Positions 15,625-24,399 of a stretch of DNA of 64,000 bases are shown in pieces. The translations under genes and the position numbers were made by a program. The stretch's first letter is position 1; each line of letters begins with the position of its first letter. This stretch comes from Euryarchaeota archaeon RBG_13_57_23. Its GTDB lineage: Archaea > Thermoplasmatota > Thermoplasmata > UBA10834. The DNA lies in assembly GCA_001800675.1 (NCBI GenBank), contig MGVW01000035.1:108501-172500 (forward strand). The letters run 5' to 3'. The notes under the pieces were generated by a model. It was not told where the DNA came from and did not search any database. It was given only the letters and a program-made list of their open reading frames with translations.

Positions 15625-16043
15625 ACCTGCTAGCTATATTTGTATATTCACTATTGGTTCTATGGAGTATTTTCATCACCATGACTATAACTCCGTCCGA
15701 CGACGGCAGACGGCGAGACAAATCGTAGCACGCCTCCCGTCCGTGACACGGTCAAGCATGTCACGTTGCTACTTGATTTGAAGCGGACATCCATCGAAGA
15801 AGGGGAGATCCACGAGGCGAGAATAGATCGGAATATGACATAGCCAGATTACCCGTGATGACCCTGCAAATCCCATGCCTGGCAATGATTCCAGAGCCAC
15901 TTGTCTACGGAGTGCCCAAATACCTCTGAGCTATATTTATGAATGAAAAACTCAAATCAGGCATAAAATTATAGCCATCAGATAAAGAACACCCCGAAAG
16001 AGGGAGGAATGGTGCAATAGGAGATGACATCACGGCGTTTTCC

Positions 16044-17417
16044 CTAGCAGACTTTCCGCATGCACTTTATGGCGCGTTCCTCTTCCGATCGAACCTTACG
16101 CAGAATCTGCGCACCCTTCTTTCGTTTCCGCAGAGGCATATCTCCGTTGAATTTGAACGGGAACATCTTCGTGAAAGAAAGCATTAGCCGCGAGCCCCTC
16201 TCATAGGATTCCGAAGCCTTTGCCAGATGCGTAGATTGCTTTGCAGGCATCTTCTTGTACATCTGCCTCAAGAATGCTGCAGACAATCCACGCCCCTCCT
16301 GAACACACGCCCCGACGTAGCTGTTGCCCATGTAGTTCTGTGCTGTGCCATTCACTGTCTCAAGCGCATCCGCCCACTCATCCAGCGCTGCCGGTCCAGC
16401 AACATAGTTCGTCTGGACGTCCACGTCACCATCAGCGAAGGCGAGCGCGCGTACGAGGGCTTCCGTTCTGGCTGCCGATGGCGATATACGCAGTCCTTGA
16501 CCGAAGTAGAAAGCGTCGATGCAGCCAGCCGCCTTGAGGTCGTGATAAGGTATTGGATCCTCAGGTTGTGGAGGCTCAGCGACCCCTCTGAATGTCTTCA
16601 CCAGGTATGAATCACCTAGATACCCACTAACTATGCCGTATTCAGGCGCTGCAAGACCCCAGAGAACCACTGGTTTCTGTCTCTCGCGTATCTCCTTCTT
16701 GATCCGTTCGAAGAGGGCCCTCACCAGCTCGATTTCTCGGGCTGTCGGCCTCCCATGCCTCGCCGGATACGAATGAGGGTAAGTGAAGACCTCCAGCTTC
16801 CGTCCCAGGCTCTCAGTTCCATGGACCATTTTCTTGAACGTCTTCACGTGCAGAGCGGTCGGTCCACTTGGGCAAGTCTCCCCCTTGGAAACATTGATCA
16901 GAAAAGGGTAACCGGAGTGGCCTCCCACGTCAACGATACTACATTTCACTCCGAGGTACCTGAGACAGCCTCCCATTGCGCCCAGATACGACAGCCAGCA
17001 GGGCAGATACTCGATCTTCTTCAGCTCGCACTTCTCCACATCCATCTCCCCAGCAAGAGCGGTTGCATAGGTTCTCTTGAGCATCTCTCTCTCCTCCTGG
17101 ATTCGCCTCAATGAATTGCGGTATGCACTCGAGGCAGCTGATAGTAGTCCGCGTCCATCCAGCGTAGTCCGATATTCCCCCCGAGCCACACGTTGAACAA
17201 GTCCAGCTCCCATCAGTTGGTTCAGGTGGTTCGAGAGAGCAGTCTTTGACAGCCCAGTAGCCTGCATCAGCTCCGCCACACTCGTGTCTCCCTGCATGCT
17301 GACGCCCAGGACCTGAATCCGGGCTGGGTTTGCCACGGATCTCAGCAGTGCGGCCATGGAATCAGCGTTTTCTATCGCCTGGCTCTTGGCACCGTGCCCA
17401 CGTTTCTCCGACACCAT
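16044..17417 (-). CDS. ArsR-family wHTH fused to a ~350-aa uncharacterised C-terminal domain
   Basis: N-terminus LLRSVANPARIQVLGVSMQGDTSVAELMQATGLSKTALSNHLNQLMGAGLVQRV is a clear ArsR/SmtB HTH. The remainder (YLPCWLSYLGAMGGCLRYLG...) is faintly reminiscent of BtrH-N/DUF4872-type papain-like folds, but this is unverified. Confidence 0.7.
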   Translation of the reverse strand: MVSEKRGHGAKSQAIENADSMAALLRSVANPARIQVLGVSMQGDTSVAELMQATGLSKTALSNHLNQLMGAGLVQRVARGEYRTTLDGRGLLSAASSAYRNSLRRIQEEREMLKRTYATALAGEMDVEKCELKKIEYLPCWLSYLGAMGGCLRYLGVKCSIVDVGGHSGYPFLINVSKGETCPSGPTALHVKTFKKMVHGTESLGRKLEVFTYPHSYPARHGRPTAREIELVRALFERIKKEIRERQKPVVLWGLAAPEYGIVSGYLGDSYLVKTFRGVAEPPQPEDPIPYHDLKAAGCIDAFYFGQGLRISPSAARTEALVRALAFADGDVDVQTNYVAGPAALDEWADALETVNGTAQNYMGNSYVGACVQEGRGLSAAFLRQMYKKMPAKQSTHLAKASESYERGSRLMLSFTKMFPFKFNGDMPLRKRKKGAQILRKVRSEEERAIKCMRKVC

Positions 17418-17480
17418 TGCGCTCCTCTCCGATGATGTCGAGCATCATATCCAGACTACTTAACGGTTTCTAATGTCGTG

Positions 17481-17498
17481 AATTATAGCACTATAATT
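17481..17498. promoter_or_regulatory. AT-rich inverted repeat AATTATAG-CA-CTATAATT upstream of the ArsR-fusion gene
   Basis: Read directly. About 65-80 nt upstream of the ATG at 17417. Could be an operator and/or TATA region. Confidence 0.3.
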
Positions 17499-17592
17499 AC
17501 TGAACATACATATAAATGAGGCTCGAAAATATAACACCATATCAATAAAAATAGGCGCGCAGCGCAACATCCGCCGGGCAGAAACTTGTGAA

Positions 17593-17633
17593 CGAAAAAT
17601 CAGGACGGAAGAAGAAGGGGCCGAGCGGCCCCT
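17593..17633 (-). terminator. hairpin plus T5 downstream of the thermosome gene
   Basis: On the minus strand AGGGGCC-GCTC-GGCCCCT is followed within 20 nt by GATTTTT. Confidence 0.45.
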
Positions 17634-17653
17634 GATCACGTGAAACAAGAGGT

Positions 17654-19312
17654 TTACATCATTCCTGGAGGCATGCCGCCGCCCATGCCGCCCGGCATGC
17701 CGCCCCTCGGAGGTCCCGCCTCCGATGGACTCATCCGTCTCGAGGCAATGACATCATCGATCCTCAGGATCATCGACGCGACCTCGGTCGCCGACTGAAT
17801 TGCCTGGGTCTTGACCCTCATGGGCTCGATGACCTTCGCAGATATCATGTCGGAAACCTTGTTCTGGAGGACGTTCACGCCGAAGTTCTTGCCCCCTTTC
17901 TTGTTGTTGTGGGCGTTCTTCAGCTCTATCAGAACGTCTATGGCGTCCATGCCCGCGTTCTCGGCCAGGGTCCACGGAATAATCTCGAGGGCCTCAGCGA
18001 ATGCCTCGATGGCCAGCTGTTCTCTTCCCCCGACGCTCTGACCATAGCCCTTCAGCTTCAACGAGAGCTCGATCTCGGAGGCGCCTCCGCCAGGTACGAC
18101 AACTCCGTCCTCGATTGCGACTGCGACCACCTTCAAGGCGTCGTGGAGTGCGCGTTCGACCTCGTCCACAACGTGCTCAGTACCGCCCCGGATGAGGACA
18201 GACACCGCTTTGGGATTCTTGCATCCGGTGATGTAGGTCATGTCGGAGTCGGAAATCTTGACTTCCTCGACCTGTTCGGCCGCACCCAGCTCGGACGCCT
18301 TCAGGTCGTCCAGGTTCGTGATGATCTTTCCGCCCGTGGCCTTGCTCAGCTTCTCCATGTCGGATCTCTTGACTCTGCGAACCGCGTAGATGCCTTCCTT
18401 CGCGAGGAAGTGCTGGGCCAGGTCATCGATACCCTTCTCGCAGATCAGGACGTTGGCTCCCGATCTCTTGACCTTGTCGACCATGATCTTAATGGTCCTC
18501 TCCTCCTCGTCGAGGAATTTCTGCATCTGCATCGGATCCCTGATCTGGATCTTCGCCTCGACCTCGGTCTTCTTGATCTCCAGAGCGGAGTCGACGAGGG
18601 CGACCTTCACGTTCTTCAGAACCTTGGGCATCCGCGGGTGCACTCTCTCCTTATCCAGGATAAGCCCCTTGATCATCTTCGTGTCAGAGACTGCGCCACC
18701 GTGCTTCTTCTCGACCTGGACGTTGTCGATGTCGACTTTGTAAGTGCCATCCACCTTCTCCGCAACCGACATTACCGCTTCCACAGCGATGTCCGCCAGC
18801 AGATCCAGCTCGCCACCCACTCCCTTGCCGGTCATCGCGGTCTGTGCGACTAGCTTCAAGGTCTTCCTGTCGGTGGGTGAAACCTCGATGCCCATATTCT
18901 TCAGAATCTTCAGCGCCTCATGTGAGGCAAGCCTGAATCCGTTCGAGATCACCGTAGGGTGAACGTTCTGATCGATCAGCGCCTCGGACTTCTTCAGGAG
19001 CTCTCCTGCAATGACCACAGCAGATGTCGTGCCGTCGCCGCACTCGTCGTCCTGAGTCTTGGCGACCTCGACGATCATCTTCGCCGCGGGGTGTTCGACG
19101 TCTAGTTCCTTCAGAATAGTTGCTCCGTCATTCGTGATGACGATGTCACCCATGCTGTCCACGAGCATCTTGTCCATGCCCTTAGGACCGAGGGTGCTCC
19201 GCACGGAATCTGCGACCGCCTTCGCAGCCATGATGTTGTTGTTATGAGCGGTCTTTCCGCGCGTTGATTCCGTTCCTTCCTTCAGTATGATAACTGGTTG
19301 GCCTCCCAACAA
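17654..19312 (-). CDS. ths: thermosome subunit (group II chaperonin)
   Basis: 552 aa. [40 protein letters not shown], and a GGM-rich C-terminal tail. Confidence 0.97.
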   Translation of the reverse strand: MLGGQPVIILKEGTESTRGKTAHNNNIMAAKAVADSVRSTLGPKGMDKMLVDSMGDIVITNDGATILKELDVEHPAAKMIVEVAKTQDDECGDGTTSAVVIAGELLKKSEALIDQNVHPTVISNGFRLASHEALKILKNMGIEVSPTDRKTLKLVAQTAMTGKGVGGELDLLADIAVEAVMSVAEKVDGTYKVDIDNVQVEKKHGGAVSDTKMIKGLILDKERVHPRMPKVLKNVKVALVDSALEIKKTEVEAKIQIRDPMQMQKFLDEEERTIKIMVDKVKRSGANVLICEKGIDDLAQHFLAKEGIYAVRRVKRSDMEKLSKATGGKIITNLDDLKASELGAAEQVEEVKISDSDMTYITGCKNPKAVSVLIRGGTEHVVDEVERALHDALKVVAVAIEDGVVVPGGGASEIELSLKLKGYGQSVGGREQLAIEAFAEALEIIPWTLAENAGMDAIDVLIELKNAHNNKKGGKNFGVNVLQNKVSDMISAKVIEPMRVKTQAIQSATEVASMILRIDDVIASRRMSPSEAGPPRGGMPGGMGGGMPPGMM

Positions 19313-19424
19313 ATTGATGCCTCCGAGGTTTCGAATATGCTAGGACTTCTATATAAGGCTTGTTCCTATGCATCTCCACGGGTAACAGTGCCTTTCGAGA
19401 GGGGGGCTATCCTAGAAATGATGA

Positions 19425-20210
19425 CTAGAACGCGTCCAGGAGCGCGATCCCCCACCGATCGCATTCCTTGAGCAGCGTCGAACGGACCCTGAAGAGTCTT
19501 GATGCAGGCGTCTCCTGAGAAACGGGCAGTCTCGGCAAACAGTCCTTCAGCCGTCTCATCGCGAGCGGCCTGGAGTTGAACTTGTCCCACATGATCGTGC
19601 GGACGGAAGCATCGTGGGCGCTCGCGACCAAATGCTCAAGGTCCGAATCCGAATCGCTCACGCCTGGGAAGATGGGAGCCGCCATCAGGTAGGTTCGCAC
19701 TCCGGCCGCATTCAACTCGCGGAGTACCTCGAACCTGCGTTGCGGGGGAGGCGCGCCGGGTTCGAGGATGGCAGCCATCTGCTCGTTGATGATCCCGATG
19801 CTCACTCCCACTTCGGCCCTCTCGTAGCCCCTCAGGATGTCGAGATCGCGCAGCACCAGAGCGGACTTCGTCAGGAGGCTGATGTTCGCATTCGCCTCTT
19901 TGAACGTCCCCAGGCAGGCCCGTGTGAGCGCATACCTCTCCTCGGCCGGCTGATAAGGATCAGTGACTGTTCCGACCCCGTACACACCATGCGCGCCTCG
20001 TGCGAGCTCATTCTTCAGAAGCCGCGGCAGGTTCACCCTTACTTCCACTGATGTACCCCATCTCGTGTCCATCTTGTACCGAGTGACGTCTTGGGCGTAG
20101 CAGTAGAGACATCCGTGGGCGCACCCCCTATATGGGTTCACGGCCCAGTCCAACCCGGGAAGTCTTGAGGGAGACACCGCGGTCGTGCACTCCACAACCT
20201 TCATTTCCAT
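19425..20210 (-). CDS. radical SAM protein, SplB/COG1533-like (DNA repair photolyase-like family)
   Basis: NPYRGCAHGCLYCYAQ carries the CxxxCxxC motif near the N-terminus. Its start abuts the Nre-like stop with no spacer. Confidence 0.75.
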   Translation of the reverse strand: MEMKVVECTTAVSPSRLPGLDWAVNPYRGCAHGCLYCYAQDVTRYKMDTRWGTSVEVRVNLPRLLKNELARGAHGVYGVGTVTDPYQPAEERYALTRACLGTFKEANANISLLTKSALVLRDLDILRGYERAEVGVSIGIINEQMAAILEPGAPPPQRRFEVLRELNAAGVRTYLMAAPIFPGVSDSDSDLEHLVASAHDASVRTIMWDKFNSRPLAMRRLKDCLPRLPVSQETPASRLFRVRSTLLKECDRWGIALLDAF

Positions 20211-21530
20211 CTAGCTCAACCCCCATGGCTGGTCGATGCGCTTCTGATAGAGCGCGTCCTTCAGTATCGCGCTGTTCTTGATCCACCTGGACATCGGGAT
20301 ATCAAGGACCGTCGATACGTGTGCAAGGGCGTCGTTGAGCGCGGGGAAGCGCTTCGGCTTGCTCCGCATGGCAGCGCGCACCGTCTCCCTCACGCTCCAG
20401 ACGCCAACCGGCAGTATGTATCCTGGATGGGCTTCCCGGAGAATCACGACCCCCGCCTGCCGTCTCTCCCGCTGCAGAAGCTCGTTGACCGCCAGACGCG
20501 CAGAATAGTAGCATCCTCCTATGCTCGCGTAGGTGGTCCTCCCATCATAGAACTCATGATCTCCCATTATTGCGATCCTGTTACCGTACGGGTTCCAGGC
20601 CGTCCTCGGATACCAGGCTTCGATGAGTTCGTACTTCCAGCTCGTCGGCATCATGATCACCGTGTATCGGTTGTCCAGGCTTCTGGACTCGTATACGCGG
20701 AACTCATTTATGACTGGAAGAGTCTTGGTGGTCTCGAGCATGTGAAGTCCCAGATTGGAGTCGACCGCTGTGATGCTCCATCGTGTTGGGACGAACTTGC
20801 GCTTCTTCCCGATCCCGAGCGCACCGACACTGAACGCCCTCTGTATCTGGGAGACGAGCGTACCGTTCCCATAGAGCGAGACCATCGCATCCCTGGCCTT
20901 CAAGTCCGTGTCGAAGTATGCCTTCTCCAGCCGAGTGTCGAACTTGTAGTTGGAGACATCGAACTTCCTCAACGGAGCGGATGGCCCGAAGGGCTCAGCG
21001 TTATCGTTCACGGTGAGCTTTCCGAACGGCTTCCTCTCGAACTCAGCGAAGACATCCGGAGGCGTCCTAGCCAACGCGAGGTCCCGTGTCCTCACAACCA
21101 ACCTATCCGGGTTCTCGACATCATGGACCTTCACGGTGTGCATCCCCCGAACCATCGTGGAGCGAAAATCGATGATGTCGTCGATCGTCAGATGACTCCA
21201 GCGCTCCGGTGTATCCATCATGGATGTGTCGCCATGGTAAGGAGGTATCATCGGGCCAATCGCCACCCTCGGGTATCCGAATCTCCCGACGAACACGCTC
21301 GGCGGGCTGGCGCCGTCGATGTCAGTTCTGTCGATCTGCTGGCGAATTCTTGAGGCGGAATAGAAGCGCGCGACGACCGAGCAACGATCCTTCCCGCAGA
21401 GCATCCGTGAGCCTTTGCATAATACGCAGCGGGCCGAGGGAGAGGCCGCGTTGTCCTGGGATAGAATCTCCTCGAACAGAGAAGAGTTGTCCACCATTGT
21501 CCCTGAGCGGCTCACCTGTGAGAGGTCCAT
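20211..21530 (-). CDS. archaeal Nre-family protein (DUF650/DUF651, COG1602-like putative DNA repair factor)
   Basis: N-terminal Cys cluster CVLCKGSRMLCGKDRC, block PPSVFVGRFGYPRVAIGP, and C-terminal QKRIDQPW (PIP-like). Family assignment is from memory. Confidence 0.55.
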   Translation of the reverse strand: MDLSQVSRSGTMVDNSSLFEEILSQDNAASPSARCVLCKGSRMLCGKDRCSVVARFYSASRIRQQIDRTDIDGASPPSVFVGRFGYPRVAIGPMIPPYHGDTSMMDTPERWSHLTIDDIIDFRSTMVRGMHTVKVHDVENPDRLVVRTRDLALARTPPDVFAEFERKPFGKLTVNDNAEPFGPSAPLRKFDVSNYKFDTRLEKAYFDTDLKARDAMVSLYGNGTLVSQIQRAFSVGALGIGKKRKFVPTRWSITAVDSNLGLHMLETTKTLPVINEFRVYESRSLDNRYTVIMMPTSWKYELIEAWYPRTAWNPYGNRIAIMGDHEFYDGRTTYASIGGCYYSARLAVNELLQRERRQAGVVILREAHPGYILPVGVWSVRETVRAAMRSKPKRFPALNDALAHVSTVLDIPMSRWIKNSAILKDALYQKRIDQPWGLS

Positions 21531-21686
21531 CCCATGTCAGTAATCAGAAGAGCGCTTAATAAATGGCGCGCTGGACGAGCGAAAGTGCGCTGCCTTGCGG
21601 ATAGGCAATGAGTAGCTCACGCCAAAGTAGAAATATGGAAGTGCCCTTCATATTCCCCGCATTTGTATTAGGGGAACTGTCGCAGC

Positions 21687-22328
21687 ATGATGGAAGCAGT
21701 CATATCGCTCAAGATCCCGCAGAACTGGATGAGCGAGATACCTGAGAAACACCCGGTCACCATCAAGGTGATTGACAGGGTCCCGTATTCTGACAGGGGC
21801 GTCAAGGATCTCGTGGAGATAGCGGGGCCTCAGGATGTGATGGACGAGGTTTTGAGAGATATCAGGAAGAACCCGATGGTGACGAAGGTCGAGACGACGA
21901 TGACCGAGAGGGGAAAGCTGATAGGGGCAGTCACGACCTCCAGATGTGACATCTGCAGGATTCTCACGGATTCGGACGTGTTCCTCATATCGGCTGAGAC
22001 AAGAGACAACGGGAAGGTCGACTGGACTCTGGTCCTTAGCGACAAGGCCGTCTTGAAGGACATCTTCGACCACCTGAAGAACAAGAGCGTCGAGGCCGAA
22101 CTGGTGAAGCTGACGAAGATAGATGACAAGGAGAGTCTGACCGAGAGGCAGGACAAGATTGCAAAGGTGGCGTTCGAGAGAGGCTATTTCGACTATCCCA
22201 AAAGGATAAGCCTTCGAGAACTTGCGCGGATGTTCGAAGTCTCTCCATCGACCCTGTCCGAAATCCTGCGAAAAGGACAGAGGAAGATAGTGCTAGACTA
22301 CTTCAAGAAACAGAGACAGACGATCTGA
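21687..22328 (+). CDS. HTH_10 (bacterio-opsin activator-type) DNA-binding protein
   Basis: C-terminus LTERQDKIAKVAFERGYFDYPKRISLRELARMFEVSPSTLSEILRKGQRKI is the classic HTH_10 signature. Confidence 0.8.
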   Translation: MMEAVISLKIPQNWMSEIPEKHPVTIKVIDRVPYSDRGVKDLVEIAGPQDVMDEVLRDIRKNPMVTKVETTMTERGKLIGAVTTSRCDICRILTDSDVFLISAETRDNGKVDWTLVLSDKAVLKDIFDHLKNKSVEAELVKLTKIDDKESLTERQDKIAKVAFERGYFDYPKRISLRELARMFEVSPSTLSEILRKGQRKIVLDYFKKQRQTI

Positions 22329-22412
22329 CATCCCACAACAGAACTGCGCTAAGTTAATCTAATGCCACTCGAATGAACCGCCGACACATCAACCGACCAA
22401 AGGAGACATTTA

Positions 22413-22694
22413 ATGCCAACCGAGAAAGAAGTCATAGCTGCCCTCAAGCAGATCATCGATCCTCATTCCAACATAAGTGTCTACGACATGGGCCTCATAT
22501 CCGAGCTGAAGGTCACCAAGTCGTCCGTGAGCCTCACTTTCAGGCCGACGAGCCAGTTCTGTCCCTTGGGCATCCAGCTCGCACACAACATCAAGAGAAG
22601 ACTGAGGCAGCTCAAGGGCACCGAGAAGGCCGACGTTAAGGTCACTGGCCACGTGCACGAGCAGATAATCAACAAATCGTTATCAGACAACTGA
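22413..22694 (+). CDS. DUF59/MIP18-family Fe-S assembly-related protein
   Basis: VIAALKQIIDPHSNISVYDMGLI ... FCPLG is the typical DUF59 pattern. Confidence 0.8.
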   Translation: MPTEKEVIAALKQIIDPHSNISVYDMGLISELKVTKSSVSLTFRPTSQFCPLGIQLAHNIKRRLRQLKGTEKADVKVTGHVHEQIINKSLSDN

Positions 22695-22750
22695 GCCACT
22701 CCGCTTGCGAGCTGCCCTTTGTTGTCATCTCGGGGAGCATGCTGATAAGG

Positions 22751-23977
22751 CTAGGCGCCGAACTTCTTCGCCCTATCCGCCATGCCTAGCATTATCGGCA
22801 TCAGGTCCATTCCGCGTATCCTGCCGAGTGCGCCCGCAGCGCATGAGATCTCATCGAATTCCTTGACCCCGTCGATTCTCGCGCCCCCTCCTGATATCGA
22901 CAACGGGACAGGGTCCGCGCTGTGTTCCCGGACTGAGACTGGAGTTGAGTGGTCGCAGGTTATCGCAACGACTACGTCTTCGTGAATATCCTTCAAGATC
23001 AGCCCGAGCATCATGTCGATGCTCTCGACAACTCTGACCTTGTTCCTGAAATCACCATCGTGGCCTGCGACGTCCCCCGCCTTCACATTGAGGAAAACGA
23101 AATCGTTCGTGGCCAATAGTCTAAGCGCAGCTTCGCCTTTGGCCCTGTAGTCCGTGTCAAGGCCGCCCGTAGCTCCGGGCACGTCTGGGACTTCCATCCC
23201 GACCAGCCTGCATATCCCCTTGACCAGAGTGACCCCTGCGACAGCGGCGCATTTCAGGCCGTATCTCTCCGACAGCGGCTCGAGCTCTTTGATGCTCCCT
23301 GGTCCTCGTGGCAGGATGGCGTTCGCGGGGGGAAGGCCTTCCTTGACGCGCTGGACGTTCACTGGATGCTTCCGGAGTATCGCTGACGACCTCTTCACGA
23401 ACTCGTTGACCACTTCGGCGGTCTTCTTGCCCTGCGGACAAAGGGCCTTAGAGGTGTGAATCTTCTCCTCGGCATGGGGGTCGACATCCGTCACGCGGTG
23501 ATCCAGGCCTTTGCCGCGCAGCACGAGCACGCCGCGGTGCTCTGATCCTTCCTTGAAAATGACCTGCACGCCTGAAATCTCCATCCCGGAGATGGCGGCG
23601 GCGAGCTCACCCGTGCCGTGCTTGATCCGCCCAGCACGCCTGTCTATGACCTTCATTCTCCCGTCAACGGTCGCGAAATTGCACCTGAAGGCCACATCTC
23701 CCGGCTGAAGCGCTATGCCGGCCCCGGCGGCCTCGATCGGGCCTCTGCCCGTGTAGACCTTGTGCGGGTCGTATCCGAAGAGAGCAAGATGAGCCGTGTC
23801 ACTCCCCGGGATTATCCCGTGTCCAATCACGTCCATGGTTCCGCTGATGCCGTGTCTCGCCAGAGCGTCCATGGCAGGCTTCTTCGCGGCCTGGAGAGGC
23901 GTCTTCCTGTCGAACTCCTTGACAGGCCTGTCCGAGAGACCGTCACAGACCACGAGGAGCATCTTTTTCGCTGGCAT
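22751..23977 (-). CDS. apgM: cofactor-independent phosphoglycerate mutase, archaeal type
   Basis: Start moved to MPAKKMLLVVCDGLSDRP (ATG at 23977) because the track extension overlaps tRNA-Ser. C-terminal DHSTP motif present. Confidence 0.85.
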   Translation of the reverse strand: MPAKKMLLVVCDGLSDRPVKEFDRKTPLQAAKKPAMDALARHGISGTMDVIGHGIIPGSDTAHLALFGYDPHKVYTGRGPIEAAGAGIALQPGDVAFRCNFATVDGRMKVIDRRAGRIKHGTGELAAAISGMEISGVQVIFKEGSEHRGVLVLRGKGLDHRVTDVDPHAEEKIHTSKALCPQGKKTAEVVNEFVKRSSAILRKHPVNVQRVKEGLPPANAILPRGPGSIKELEPLSERYGLKCAAVAGVTLVKGICRLVGMEVPDVPGATGGLDTDYRAKGEAALRLLATNDFVFLNVKAGDVAGHDGDFRNKVRVVESIDMMLGLILKDIHEDVVVAITCDHSTPVSVREHSADPVPLSISGGGARIDGVKEFDEISCAAGALGRIRGMDLMPIMLGMADRAKKFGA

Positions 23978-24044
23978 GAGAACGGGTTGAGTATGTTCCG
24001 GGTCATAATTAATGCTACCATGACACGGCTCGGGGCCTTGTGAG

Positions 24045-24131
24045 CGCCGAGGGGGAGATTTGAACTCCCGTGGTGACAAGCACCAGTAGCTCTCGAGGCT
24101 ACCGCCTTAAACCGAGCTTAGCTACCTCGGC
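24045..24131 (-). tRNA. tRNA-Ser (anticodon CGA)
   Basis: Minus strand: acceptor GCCGAGG/CCTCGGC plus discriminator G; anticodon stem GTAGC/GCTAC with loop CTCGAGA; long variable arm; T arm GGGAG-TTCAAAT-CTCCC. Confidence 0.9.
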
Positions 24132-24189
24132 AACCAGCTGGATAGAAAGCGTTATTACGAGTGCCCATATTAACGCTGTCGGTAAGCCG

Positions 24190-24399
24190 ATGCGAGTCAC
24201 GTTGCACCTTCTCCCAACGAGGAAAGAGTCCAGAAGAATCGAGCTCGAGAAAGGCGCAACTGTTGAAGCAGCGATACGCGCAATCGGACTGCTGCCCGAC
24301 GCTTGGATCCCCATCCGCGGGAACGAGCCTGTGCCCTTGGACGAGCCCCTCGAGGACGGCGACGAACTCAAGCTGATATCTGTCGTCTCCGGAGGGTGA
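24190..24399 (+). CDS. ubiquitin-like beta-grasp protein (ThiS/MoaD/SAMP-like) ending in Gly-Gly
   Basis: Internal ATG at 24190 avoids the tRNA overlap. The 69-aa product ends ...DGDELKLISVVSGG, the hallmark diglycine C-terminus. Confidence 0.65.
   Translation: MRVTLHLLPTRKESRRIELEKGATVEAAIRAIGLLPDAWIPIRGNEPVPLDEPLEDGDELKLISVVSGG

Noticed and set aside
15498-15781. 76-aa and 87-aa ORFs in the AT-rich spacer
   Set aside because: The sequences are basic and low-complexity and cross the hairpin/T-run element. There are no motifs. The region is treated as non-coding, although this is unproven.
17909-18853. 314-aa plus-strand ORF inside the thermosome gene
   Set aside because: It is antisense to an unmistakable group II chaperonin, with a Leu/Asp/Arg/His-rich artefact composition.
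20319-21353. 344-aa plus-strand ORF
   Set aside because: It is antisense to the Nre-like gene and has no recognisable motifs.
23978-24189. N-terminal extensions of apgM (to 24079) and of the ubiquitin-like ORF (from 24070)
   Set aside because: Both extensions run across tRNA-Ser(CGA). Internal ATGs give canonical N-termini.
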